This document shows, piece by piece, positions 52,385-64,000 of a DNA stretch of 64,000 nt. Origin of the DNA: Paraspadella gotoi. Taxonomy: Eukaryota; Animalia; Chaetognatha. A program made the position numbers and the translations under genes. The notes beneath the pieces are model-generated. The model did not search any database. It had not been told where the DNA came from and saw only the letters and a list, made by a program, of their open reading frames with translations. The stretch is from contig CM119267.1 in NCBI GenBank assembly GCA_051294375.1, forward strand, positions 10,314,053-10,378,052, read 5' to 3'. Position 1 is the first letter of the stretch. Every line of letters begins with the position of its first letter.

Positions 52385-55300
52385 AGCCGGGAGAGTACCG
52401 ACGAAACCGGACGGACAACGGAAATGATAACCACAATAACAACTACGCGGGGACGTAAACGACAACGGCCGGCGTAAAACCGGCCCTTCTTTCACGAATT
52501 CACGGAAGCATTCACTTAAAACGCAGAAAAAAAATTCCATTTTTTTCTTGCAGAAGTTTCGTCTCTACTCTTTTCTGTATTCCAGTACGTAAATTATCCG
52601 CAAGGTTTTTTCGCCCCTCAACCCATTTCCCCCGAAATCTACTGTAGCTTTAATCGAAATGCACTAAAAAAAAAATTCCGTAGACTGATTATGATTTAAT
52701 ATTAACATCTTTAAGCGTCTACATTGTGATTGTTGCCGTTTTGCTTTATCTATTTCGCGATTATGTTAGATGCGTAATAACTAATGACGTTCCATGAGAG
52801 CTTGAAAAAAACCAATTCACATACTGTTCTTTATTCGAATCTGTGAGAATGAATTTATTAAAAGAAAACTCGGTTTTTTCTTTTGACCAAATATTTGTAA
52901 TACTTTATTAGAAAACTCATAACTGGTGATACAATTCGAGTTTCTGACTAAGCTCCTTCGATCATTGCAATCATGTTATGAAGCTAACAATATCGTAAGG
53001 AAAAAATAGTTTTAATGATTTAAACGTTTAATAATTCGAGAGGCCAATTAAACGAGAAAGATAATTTCACCGTAACGACAATCAACAAAGTATTTACACA
53101 TTCTTAAAAGAAGCGAAAGCATATAATGAACGGAAAAGTATAAGGAAAACAAACGTGCGCGCCATAGATGGGCCTTTCCTGAGTTTTTTTTTGTTTTGTT
53201 TTATTTTTTTTCTATTTGCCCAAAAAGAGGCAAAGATTCCTTATCGTTGTAAACTCGAAAAGGAGAAAAAAGCATGGCGTCGCTGGAAAAAAAAAGTTGA
53301 AGAAGAGAGGCAGTAAAGAGGGGCGGGGCGGAAAGGGAGGGAGGGTGAGGGAGGAAGAAAAGGAACAACGCTACGATTCTCACCGGACGGAGATAACGGG
53401 AGGATGTGGACCGGACTGTGGACTGGGGAGTGGGAGTGGGACAAGGGAGAGATAAGGAGCTTGTGGATAAAAATACGAGAAATTCTCCGATGGTAGAAAT
53501 TTAAAAAATAAAAATCTCTCTGGAAACCCGAGTGTCCTACGTCTTATGTTGTTATCATCGCGCGATTTGATGTAATTCGTCGTCGTTGTGTTATTGCTTT
53601 TGGTCGCCTATCGTCCTTCAAACGCGGAGACTTGGCTGTCTTCGTCGCTCGTCAACCTCGTAAGCAACGTCGGGCCGATTTTTTTATTTGTTTTTTTTGA
53701 ACGCTCGACCGAAGAAGCTACATACGATTTGGTGGGGAGACGTTGGAACGATCGGTCTGCGAAGAGTTGCAATTGACGCAGTTGACGGGCGTGGCTGATC
53801 TGTCGCCATTTGCGCCGCCACCGTAATAGAGTCATGGCGGCGCCCGACGCGCCTGCGGGTGCGGCGTCGACGGAGGCGGCGGAGGCGGAGCATGATGGCT
53901 GCGGATGTTGCTAGCTGTTGCAGTGAATCTTGTTGCTGCTCGAGCCCGTGGTGATTGTGAAAAGGCCCGGAGGGGTAATGGAGGAGGAAGAGGTGAGTGA
54001 CTGGCGGAGGGGGCGGGGGTGGAATGGAGGGTTAAGGGTGGAGGTGGGTGGAAGAGGAGGTGGACGATGAGGAATTGTGTCGTCGGGCGGGAGGCGGGAG
54101 TGCGCGGGAAATGAACTGATGGAGGCCGCTGGAGCGACGAAGAGGTCGAACCGGACGTGCGCCGAAACTGCCGAAGCTGTCGCCGGTCGCCGCCCCCGCG
54201 CCTGCCGAATGAGACTCCCGACGGACCGTTCGGAATAGCGGGTGGGGGAAGTCGCCGAAGAAAAACTGTTCGTGCCTGGAGGAATCGGAAGGATGAGGCG
54301 AGAGCGAGGAATGCGGCGCGACGGAAGAGTGGTCGCCCGCGGGATAGCATAAACTGAGGAACCCATCGTCAACCGAACTTCCTCATGGGGCCGCCGATAG
54401 AAAAGCGCTGAAGAAACTGTTCACCGACGGAACTCTCGCGCCGAAATCAGAGGAATGCTGCCGCCGGCCCCGATGTCGGCCGCCGTCTCTGACGGCGACG
54501 GATGCTGCGTCGCTGGACGAGGGGTGATGCTTGAGGACGACGCGGAAACATCAATGGGCGAGGTCGCCGGCGACGGCCCCCATTCGAGGGCGGCGGACCG
54601 AAGGGCATTTTCCGGGGCGTAGCTGCGGATTGGCCGAGGGCGCGAGAGCGTGCTTCGAGGGCTTCGTTTAATCCGACAGGGACAATGAAGTTTGCGGACG
54701 GCGTGGGAGACGGGGCGCGCGAAACGCGGTCCCGCCCACGGTGGGTGCTGCGGGGATGGAGATGCATCGGATGCGGGTGATGGAGATGCCTGTTGCTGAA
54801 CCGGCGGCTGGAGACGCTAGCCGGGTGAGCTGAGGGAGCTTCTGGCCTCGAGACGGGCGTCGCGACTGGAGACGAGTCGCCTCATATTTACCCAAAGGCG
54901 GCTCGAGTTTGACGAGGCTTCGTGCAGCTTTTGTCGCTCGTCGTCGACGATTTTTAAGTTGCCTCAAAATACGGTCTCACCTTCCCGCGTCCATCTGCGA
55001 CTCTTCGTAAATCTTCTGGTTTCTGCTGATCAATGTACGAGTGACGCCGCGGGTGTCCGCGGCGTCCGAAAGCGTCGCCTATTCCGGTTTCAATGGTGAC
55101 GCCGTGATGACCGCTCGATTCCGGGGAGAGGCGTTGACGTAGTCTTGCCAATCGCCTGAGCGTCGTATTTGGAGGAAGCACTATGTTTGCCCCACGTGGA
55201 GAATCGTCCTGGCCAGCAAATGCGAAGCCTTCTCGAAGTTGAATGAGGCCCTCGGATTGTTTGGAAATCGTTCCCCAGGCCAGATGAAGGTCAAGTCCTT

Positions 55301-58300
55301 CTTGACGACGGAAACGAAGGGATCATGGGCGGCTAAACGTTTTCGCGAGTTGAGGGAGGTTCCGGTACTTGGCGCATGTTGCGCGAGGGTATCCATGAAC
55401 CTCCTGCAGGTCGTGAAGGTTTTGGAATACTTGGTGGCAGCTTTCTCCCACGTGGCCCCGGAGGCGGGAGAACGGAGCCGTGGCCGAGCCGCGCTGAGAG
55501 ATGCGCGAACATGGAGTTAAAGTTTTTTACATTGTTTGCAATATTTAAGCGATCTTGAACGAAGTGCTTGAGGATCTTCATTGCGGTTGACGCGGTTCGT
55601 TTCGGAAGTTACTTCTAGTCGACAATACCCCAGAACATCTCTCCTGTTTTTGACGAGCTCCTCGAAACGCGCTGCGAGCATGGGTTCTCCGTAGCGGGAG
55701 TCTCGTTCGAGTAGAGGTTGTCGATAAACTCGGTGGGTTCGATCTCGGAGAAACAACCTCGAAATCTTGGAGGGTGAGTTGAAAGGCGATTTCCATCGTG
55801 GTTGAGCTTGCAAGAAGGGAGAATGTTGGCCTCCTTGAGCATTCTCCGCCGCAACCCTCATCGCGAAAAGAGCTGCTCCGTGTTGTTGGTTGGACTTGAT
55901 GTAATACTGGCGTTGAGAGGGATTCTCTGCGCCAGATCCGTTGAGAATGTCGGGCAGGCGACTGTGGCTTTGATCAGGCCCTGCCATCTTTGCACGGAGA
56001 CTTGGCAGAGGGGAAAAGTCGAGCTGGACAGATCCAGTGACAGGACCGAATTCCTTCAAAACGCCAGCATCAACCACTCTCTTTTCGCCGTCGTCTCTTT
56101 GTGAAATCAACAAATATCGACATGTCTGGTCCTGAACGGTAGACCCTGACGGCGAACTCGGGCATGCTCGGAGCCACGCCGGGGGCGTCGAGGGTCGGGA
56201 AAGTCGCGGCGCCGAGAGGTCGGGATTGGAGCTGCTTAGGTTTTTGCGCCGGAGACCAAAGATTTTCCGGTCGTCGCGAAAGAGATTCCTCGTTGGAATC
56301 GTTTAAGTGACATAGGAACCCAAGAGATTTCGACCTTGGAATTGGAGTTGATGATCTTCCCCAAACATGTTGCTGATCTGTCTTCTCTTCCCCGCGTCCT
56401 CTCGAAATCCCTCGTCGGCGAGAATGTGGTGAATGGCACCGGGACCGTCCAGCGGAGTTGGGGCGCGAGGATTCTGTGATTCGCGGAAGGGAGAATAGTC
56501 CGCCGCGGCCGCTTGTGCGCCGTCACCCGCGCGAAGAGCAATCTCCTTGAAGGCGAGAAAGTTGGTTTTGACGGATATGGAGAAGGTTGGGTGGATCCTT
56601 GGAGGATCTGAAGGCCTTGGCGTTGTGATGTGCCATCGAAACTCTGCGTGTTGACGCTGAGGATTTGGTCGCCGAGCGCTTTAGCCGGCCTCGAAGGCGC
56701 GGGAAGTCACGTGTCGATTTTTGGAGACGAAGAACGCCGTGGCCCTTTTCCGGCCGCCGACGATGGCGAAAGTCCAGCGGCTCGTCGCGCGACGACCTCT
56801 TGAGGATGATGCTGCGGGCGTGGGCCTTCGCGCGGCCGAGGCGATGTTCAACAACCGTACTGACCCTCGGAGAGCGAGAAATTGGGGCGAAACGTTATTT
56901 TAATCGATCGACTTTTAACGAGATCGGAAATTAAACGCTTTGTTGTCCAAATAACTGCCAAATCAAAATTCAGCGAAAAAAAGCCAGTCCTTTCCACCCC
57001 GTTTTAATTAAATGCTATGATTATAAATTGCGCTCTATTAAATCGGCGAAAAATTGATCGACAATTTAGGTTCCTCAACCCTTTGATCACAGTTTTCGAG
57101 GGAAACAACTAAAAAACAATAACGACGACAATGCAATCAATCAAGGAATATGACTTCTTTCGTTACTTTTTAAATAATTCTTCTTTAGAAGAGAAAACGA
57201 AAATTTCGTTATAACAAAAAACAAAAAAACAAAAAAAAAGTTCAAATACAATTTCTACAATGTCTACATAGTCTAAATAATTCTTTGAAAATGGATAAAG
57301 TAATGAATGGTAATGAGGTTATAAATAAACAGAGCTCTTGCTCGCTCTCTCTCTGATATAAAAAATAAAAAAATGAATTCCTGTCAATTAACGCTGAAAA
57401 TTCTTGCAACAGACGCCGACCAACCCATTGAATTTATATAGTCACATTTATGAAATTGGGTAAACCAATATAAATTATTCCATTATTAATAAAGCAAGGC
57501 TATCTTGCCCCTGAACTTTGACAGGCTTTGGCTTTGGCTCCATCACTCTTACAAAGATAATGACAATAGCAGAATCCTGCAAGCTTTCATCAAGACTCTT
57601 CTCAACAGTCTCGTTTATTCACTCCCAGAGTACCATAGCTTCCCTGTCAATGAAGTGGTATAATGTGTTCAATAGAAATGTTTCAATATAGGTTAATATA
57701 CGGTAAATCAGGATGCGATTTAGTAGTTTAGAAATGAATTGTATAACAAGGTGAGACAGGACAGGCCCGCCGCTAAAAAAATGCGTCAATCTGCGAACTT
57801 GTAAACGTTTTTGTAATCTAAAAAATATTTTTTCTGTAATAAAAACCTAAATCATTTTATATTAATCCAAATTTCATATTGATCTAGTTATGATTTGGAC
57901 CTTGGCAATTAACCCGGAAAATAGTTGCTTTAAAATCGTCTTTTCAATTTTAAAACAAATCTTTTTTAAAATCTTTTTTGTGCTAATGTTATTAAATAGT
58001 TTATATAACTTTTAATAAAAGGTATCAAATATTAATATCTACTGAAAGCTTTAAAAAATTTAAAGATAATGAACATATTTAAGAATATTATAATATGAAA
58101 ATAAGCCTAACTACATTAGTTTAATTAAAATTAATCAAATGTAAATTATAAAATCTTAAAATAAATATTTTTTTTTAAATATCTGACTATTTTTAACTAT
58201 AATGATTTTACAAATTATTGTTTTATATAGGTATCATAAAAAAGCTTAAAAAACTAACTAAAAATAGCTAACATTATTTAATAATCATAATACAATTTTT

Positions 58301-60984
58301 ATATTTTACAGTATTTTTTAATTATGCTATTCTCTTCATATTTTTAAGAAGGTTTCAGACACGACATTAATAATCGATAGCCTTTGTTATATAATTTTTT
58401 TTTAAAAAACGTTTAAAAAAAATTAAACAAACAGATTGGAAGAAAAAAAGTTTAAAAAATGAAACACGATTTTGGAGGCACTTTTCTCCGCTCATCTGCC
58501 AAGTAAAAATCAAAAACCAATCAATATAAAATTTGGATATATTAATGATTTAAGTTTTTAATTACAGAAAATAATTTCGATTAAAAAATCTTCACAAGTT
58601 TTACAAAATTACTGATTTTTTTTTAGCTGCGGCTGTCGTGTGCCACCTTGTATTAATTCAGGAATTAAAACATTTAAACAAGTGATCAGTTTTAAAAAAA
58701 GTGTCGGTATATTTTTTGTAACCTGCATCTGCGCCTCTTCAGAGTCCTGTCCCTCGAACTTCTCCAAAAAAGTCGCACATGTCGGCGTCGGTTCCTGCGA
58801 AGTTCGTTGAAATGGTTGTTGACCCAGAGCAGCACCACCTCGTGGCCTTTGGCTCGGAAGGTTGGGATCCTGGAAACCACTCGAGCAGCCGCGGTCGGCG
58901 AGCGACTGCGGCGGACTCGAGGAAACGTCCTCGCGGTGAGGAGAAAGTCTTCGCTTCCACGAAAAAAGTGGATCGAACCGGAGGAATGATCGGCCACCCA
59001 ATAGTGGTCAGTCGCTCGGGCGTTCCCGCGGATGATGATCTGTACCTGACGACTACGGTCGAGCGTCCGGTGCTCGGTGATCATGAACCACCCCTCGCCC
59101 TCTTGCCTCCGTGCTTGCCGTCGTTTTCTCCCTCTCGCGCGATGAAGGATCTGTAGTAATTCCGTCTGCGCGATGCAGACGAACTGACATTCGTCGACGG
59201 AGCGGTCTTCATGGACTCCCCTTGTGGGTAGAGCTTCTCCGTGGTGGGTGTGATGCCGAAGGAGTCGCCACATCGCAGGTAATTCCGCACGGACTGGACC
59301 GTCGGCGCGGGTGATCTCCAACGCGACCGCTTGAGAAAATGACCCGACCAAGAGTCGAGTTCCTTCCCGTCGTTCTGACGACGGTTGCCGGCGCGTTCGA
59401 TGACGGCGATAGACGGTGGCATAGGCGCAAAATTCGGCGCCGGACAGGATTGGTCATATTGGCAAAAAGGCTGGTAGGTGACCATGAAGTCGAGGAGGAT
59501 CTTTCCACGTCCTTCGTCGGTGCGGTGCGGCCGTGGTCCTTCTCGAGACATTCGCGGACGAGTCGCGTAGACGAGAGACAGAGCCGAGAGATTCGAGATC
59601 TTCGTCGTCCGAATCCTACGAAGCTCTCGACAAGGCCATTGAGGTCGACGTCGCGGGAATCCACAGGGATCCTCCAACGAAGACTGCATCATGTCGCCTG
59701 CCCGAGTAGGCCGAGGACGTGTCCGAGCGTGGGAGGTGCGTTTGAGGAAAGAGTCGGTTCGTGGCGAGGCCGTTGGAGACGCGGCGGCGCCGGCGGAAAC
59801 TGGCGGGAGCTGAGGCGGAAAGTGGAGTTGATGATCGAAAGACGGACACGTCGATGGATTTCGACGGCGGCGGCGTCGTCGGCTGCGGCGTCGCTTCAGG
59901 GCGTCGGTCGTACCGCCAACGCCCGGCGTCGCCGGCGTCCGGATAGTCTAACGTACATATAGTTCGGAACGCTTCGAGATGATGCACGTGCGTTCTGGCG
60001 TCGGCCGCAGTCCGGGGCGTTCCGCCGTCCGAAACTCGATGCGAGGGAGTAAACATGGGAGCCAGTCGATGAAGACGGAGCCCCGAGAGAAGGACGAACC
60101 ACAGGTGGACACTCTCCTCGACCAGTAGAGGATTGTCGTTGGCCTGCGTGCAGCTTGTAGCGCACTCTTCGTCCTAGAGACCGCAGCGTCGATTCCTCGC
60201 CGACGGGATCAACGCCTCCACGCCTAACGCAGGTAGGAGAAGATCTCGGTTGACGTCGTCCTCTGTCGCGCGGGACGAGGGAAGTCTTGACGGCCGCGGC
60301 GCGAAGATCGGGGTCCACCACCTCGCCCATGGTGACGAACGGGCGGGTCGGCGCGGACGGAGTGGGTGGAGAGTGGGCGGGACCGGCGGCGCGAAGGCGG
60401 GAAACGGAAGGCAGGAAGTGTGGAATGAGCGAAGATCAAATGCATGAGGCGACGGGTCAGGGGGTTGATTGTCGGCGGGCGACCTGAAGAAAGAGTAAAT
60501 GACTTTTTTTAAAAAAAAATCGTGTTTAAATAAATATTTACTTCCCTCTTTCTAAAAGATTTAAAAATGAAAAGAAAATTTACGTAGAAATTTTGTGAAT
60601 AATAACATATGTAAATGTTCCCATATCGAAGTCAACATATAAAAAAAAGGAATATTTTAATAGATGCACAAGTGGAAGAAGAACAAAAAATTGGACCCGT
60701 CTCTTAAACATTTTAATTCAATTTTTCCCGTATTTTTCGTTTCCCTTCGCGAGTCTTTCCTCGGGACTCGTTCGTGAACGCGCTCAGCTTGAATAGGGAT
60801 CGTCCGCTGATTAGTTAAATCCTTGCACTAATACGAGAAGCCGCGGACTTTCGTCGAGAGAGAGAGAGAGTGAAGAGAGATTCCTTTGCTCGTTTCAAAA
60901 CACACGAAAAAAATTTCTTTTTGCCTGTTGAAGAGAGAGAGAGAGAAAGGTTTTGTTAAGAAGATTCGGATTCACGCCCTGAGT

Positions 60985-61058
<74 letters not shown>

Positions 61059-61177
61059 AGAGAGATTTTTAGATAAAGGGGATAGAGAGATAGAGAATAG
61101 CGATGTTTAATTTGTCTTAGAACGGAAGAAGTTTTTGGCTGAAACCACACGTAAAAAAACAGAGAGAGAGAGAAGTT

Positions 61178-61212
<35 letters not shown>

Positions 61213-62660
61213 AGAGACGAGAGAGAGAGAGAGAGAGAAGAGAGCAGCTGGTGGACCGAAAAACTACACTGGGATACACAGGAGAACGAGTAAAAAGAGG
61301 ATTTTTTTGTTGTTTCGGTGATCGAAGGTTTTTGGTGATCGAAGGATTTTTGGGTTGATCGGAGAGAAAAAGATCGCGTTTCAGCGAATTTTAAGCCCTC
61401 CAAAATTGGGGGGGGGCGGAAGATTAGGGTTTGGGGTGGAAGGAGATGTTTACGACGGTCGGGGGGGGGTTTCAAGCAAGGGTCCGAGCCGAACTGAGTG
61501 AAAGATTATTTTTAAAAAATTTAAAAAAAAGGCGGGAAGTAGATTTTTTTCCCTCTCGATTTCGAAACGAATCCAGTTTCAGCGCCTTGGTCTTTTAATT
61601 ATAATATATTTTTTTTAATGTTTTTTTTTAAAAGCCTTAGTCATTTAAATTGTATATTTTTTTACGAAAATTTTTAAAAAAAAATTCTATAGTCTGTAAG
61701 TTTTCGTCGGACAAGATGAAGAATCGATCCTGCTCATAAAAACCGACTAGGCAATCCCTCCTTTTTTTGGCTTCTTTCTTTTTTTTTTTTTTGCAAGCTG
61801 GGGTTATTTCTTTTTCTTTTCTATTCAGACGAACAGGATATACGGATTCGGTCGATACGGACAAAGACGGCGTGGGGAGATACGAAGCGGAAAAAGGAAG
61901 TAAGAATTCATTTTTTGAGGTCAGAGAGAGAGAAGGAAGAGAAATGGATGAATGGGTTTTGGGTGACTTGTCCCTAAAAACTGCATCGCCACGACAACTG
62001 GGAATTAGAGAGAGAGAGAGAAAGAGATATAGAGTATAGAGAGCGAAGAAAAGATAAGAGAGAGAAAGAAAAGAGAAGGAAGAGAGAAAAGAAAGAGAAA
62101 GGAGAGAGAAAGTGAGAGAAAGGGAAAGAAAGTGAGAAGAAGGGAAAAAAAAGGGAAAGAAAGAGTAAGAAAAAGATAGAAAAGATAGAAAAAGAGAGCT
62201 AAAAAAGAGAAAAAGCAAATTTCTCTTCTGAAGAGAAAAAATTGGAGCAAAGTTTTTTTGTTTTTCAAATTTTTTTTTGTTGTTTTTTACTTTTTTTTCC
62301 AAACGACTCACGCTTCCTCGACCTGGCTAATGAGGTCCTCCGACGGAACGAAACGACGAGACTACAATGAACGACGAATATAGATTATCGAACGTAAAGG
62401 TATGAGAAACTTAACGTGTGGATATTTTAAAGCGCTCATCCGTGAGAAAGAGGCGAAGAAAGGAGTGTGGGAGAGAGAGAAAAAAAAATTGATAGCGGGA
62501 AAAAGAAAGAGAAAAAAAGAAAAAGGAAAGAACGATATTTAACTTCTGACAGGTGAAAAGATTATTTGTTATTTATTTCGGTAGCGAAAAGTTTTTCAAA
62601 ACGACGGGCCAGGTTTCGAAAAAATCGCGGTAGGGCAAATCGCTTTCGGCCCATTTTTTT
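52385..62660 (+). repeat. Direct tandem copy of about 42385-52320 with a high indel rate (raw long-read-like)
   Basis: Co-linear at an offset of about 10.0-10.3 kb, insertion-dominated differences every 10-20 bp, starts just after an N gap. Confidence 0.9.
53618..60330 (-). pseudogene. Heavily frameshifted second RAPGEF copy (most likely uncorrected long-read sequence, not a true pseudogene)
   Basis: Fragments [41 protein letters not shown] and EDSQVSA in shifting frames; same intron and MITE. Confidence 0.6.
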
Positions 62661-63737
62661 AAAAAAAAATGTTTTTGTGAGTTTTTTTGCTTTTTTTTCT
62701 TTTTTTTTGTTATGTTTTATTTTGTTATTTCGGCCTAATTTTATCAATAATTCGTCGGCGAAGAAGAACGAGAAAAATGACGAGGAGAAAACCTGATCGA
62801 ATCTCTCGAGATCGAGAGAGAGAGAGAAGAGGAGAGAGAGAGATGAGGGAGAGAGAGAGGAGAGAGAGAGAGAGAGAAGAGAGAGGAGAGAGAGAGAGAG
62901 AGAGAGAGACCGGTCCCGCGCGTCTAATACATTGTACAAAGCACAATACTTTGTCGCTTCTCTGCGATTGGACAGTCCTCTAGCTTCTGCATTGATCGAT
63001 TTTTCAAGATCCCGATTGGTCAATTGCCGAGGGTCAGCATTGAGGGGTTTTTTCTAGATCATGAGTCAGTTGGACTAGTCGAGCCGATGGTGGGTAAATG
63101 GATGAGGAGAAGGACTGGGGGAGTAAATGGGAGAGGAGGGGAGGGGAAAGGGAGCCGAACAACCTGCGACGCGATTGACGCTCGAGATGATCGATCCGCG
63201 GAATCCATCGCTGTCTCTGGGGAAGATTGCAGAGGAGGGGGATCGAGTCGAGAGGGGTTAGGGGAGAAGGGGTTGAGGGGGCAGAGGAGAGGGGTAGGAC
63301 TCAAGTCAAAAGAGTTTAAAGCGATTGTGACAACTCGAATCGTGAGAAGGTTAAAAAAAAATAGAAGAGAAAATTCATTTATTGAAGGATTAAAATTTAA
63401 AGTATTTAAAGGATTTTTATAATATTTAAGTAATTAGTGATGATAGAAAGTGTTTAATGTTTTAAAAGAAAAATAGTTCGAAGCCGCAGGGCATGCAGGG
63501 GCGTTGGGCCGTTGGGGTCGACTGGTTATATTTGTGAATCTTCGGAAAGAAAAAAAAAGACGAATCGTTTTTCGTGTTTATTCGATCGTCGGTCAACAAA
63601 AGAGGATTTCTGGAGGAGGTTAAATGTTGGTTGCGTGAGTGTGTGTGTTTGAGAGAGAGAGAGAGAGAGAGAGAGAGNNNNNNNNNNTAAAAAGAAGATA
63701 AACTGATAATTTTCTTTTCGGACCTTTATCGTCAATA

Positions 63738-63796
<59 letters not shown>
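63738..63796. repeat. (TCG)n trinucleotide microsatellite
   Basis: About 19 perfect TCG units; shorter (GAC/GTC)n runs occur throughout the window. Confidence 0.9.
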
Positions 63797-63797
<1 letters not shown>

Positions 63798-64000
63798 GAT
63801 GGATGCGAAATGGAGAACAATCGAAGTATCAAGTGAGGTCAGGAAAACTCCCTCGGGTAAGTGAGGGTCAAGGCACGCGACCCCTGGGGGGTGAGGCTGC
63901 GAGGCGATAGAGGGTGAGGTCCAGTCGATCGCCGCTGGATCTCGACGTCGGTCAACGGCGAACTTTGAGGTCGGAGGCGGCGACGGCGACGGCGACGGCG

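Noticed and set aside
63830-64000. GC-rich minus-strand segment that may be the last exon of a neighbouring gene
   Set aside because: Cut by the window edge; more than one frame is open and none is recognisable.

Overview
Eukaryotic (invertebrate animal-type) draft-assembly sequence, with GC/CpG-rich exons in AT-rich, (AG)n-laden intergenic DNA and many N gaps. Genes readable from the sequence are: an intronless histidine ammonia-lyase (HAL, +); a 5-exon low-molecular-weight phosphotyrosine phosphatase (ACP1, -, missed by the ORF track); a 2-exon nephrin/KIRREL-like six-Ig type I membrane protein (-); an unrecognised 5-exon multi-pass membrane protein (+); tRNA-Leu(AAG); a putative Cys-rich/LDLa-like single-pass protein with a PPxY tail (+, exons spread over about 21.6-42.5 kb); and a 2-exon PDZ-GEF (RAPGEF2/6, -). 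Mobile DNA includes a tRNA-Gly-derived SINE-like repeat and a TA-flanked long-TIR MITE. The MITE carries a nested 72-bp TG..CA insertion that is absent from the duplicate copy of the locus. Roughly 28 kb is redundant tandem or inverted copies, mostly riddled with small indels, and most likely assembly, chimeric-read or second-haplotype artefacts. I found no convincing new multi-gene system. The strongest biological signal is the gene architecture: normally intron-rich genes are nearly intronless, while ACP1 introns appear to sit at non-vertebrate positions, all at AG|GT sites.
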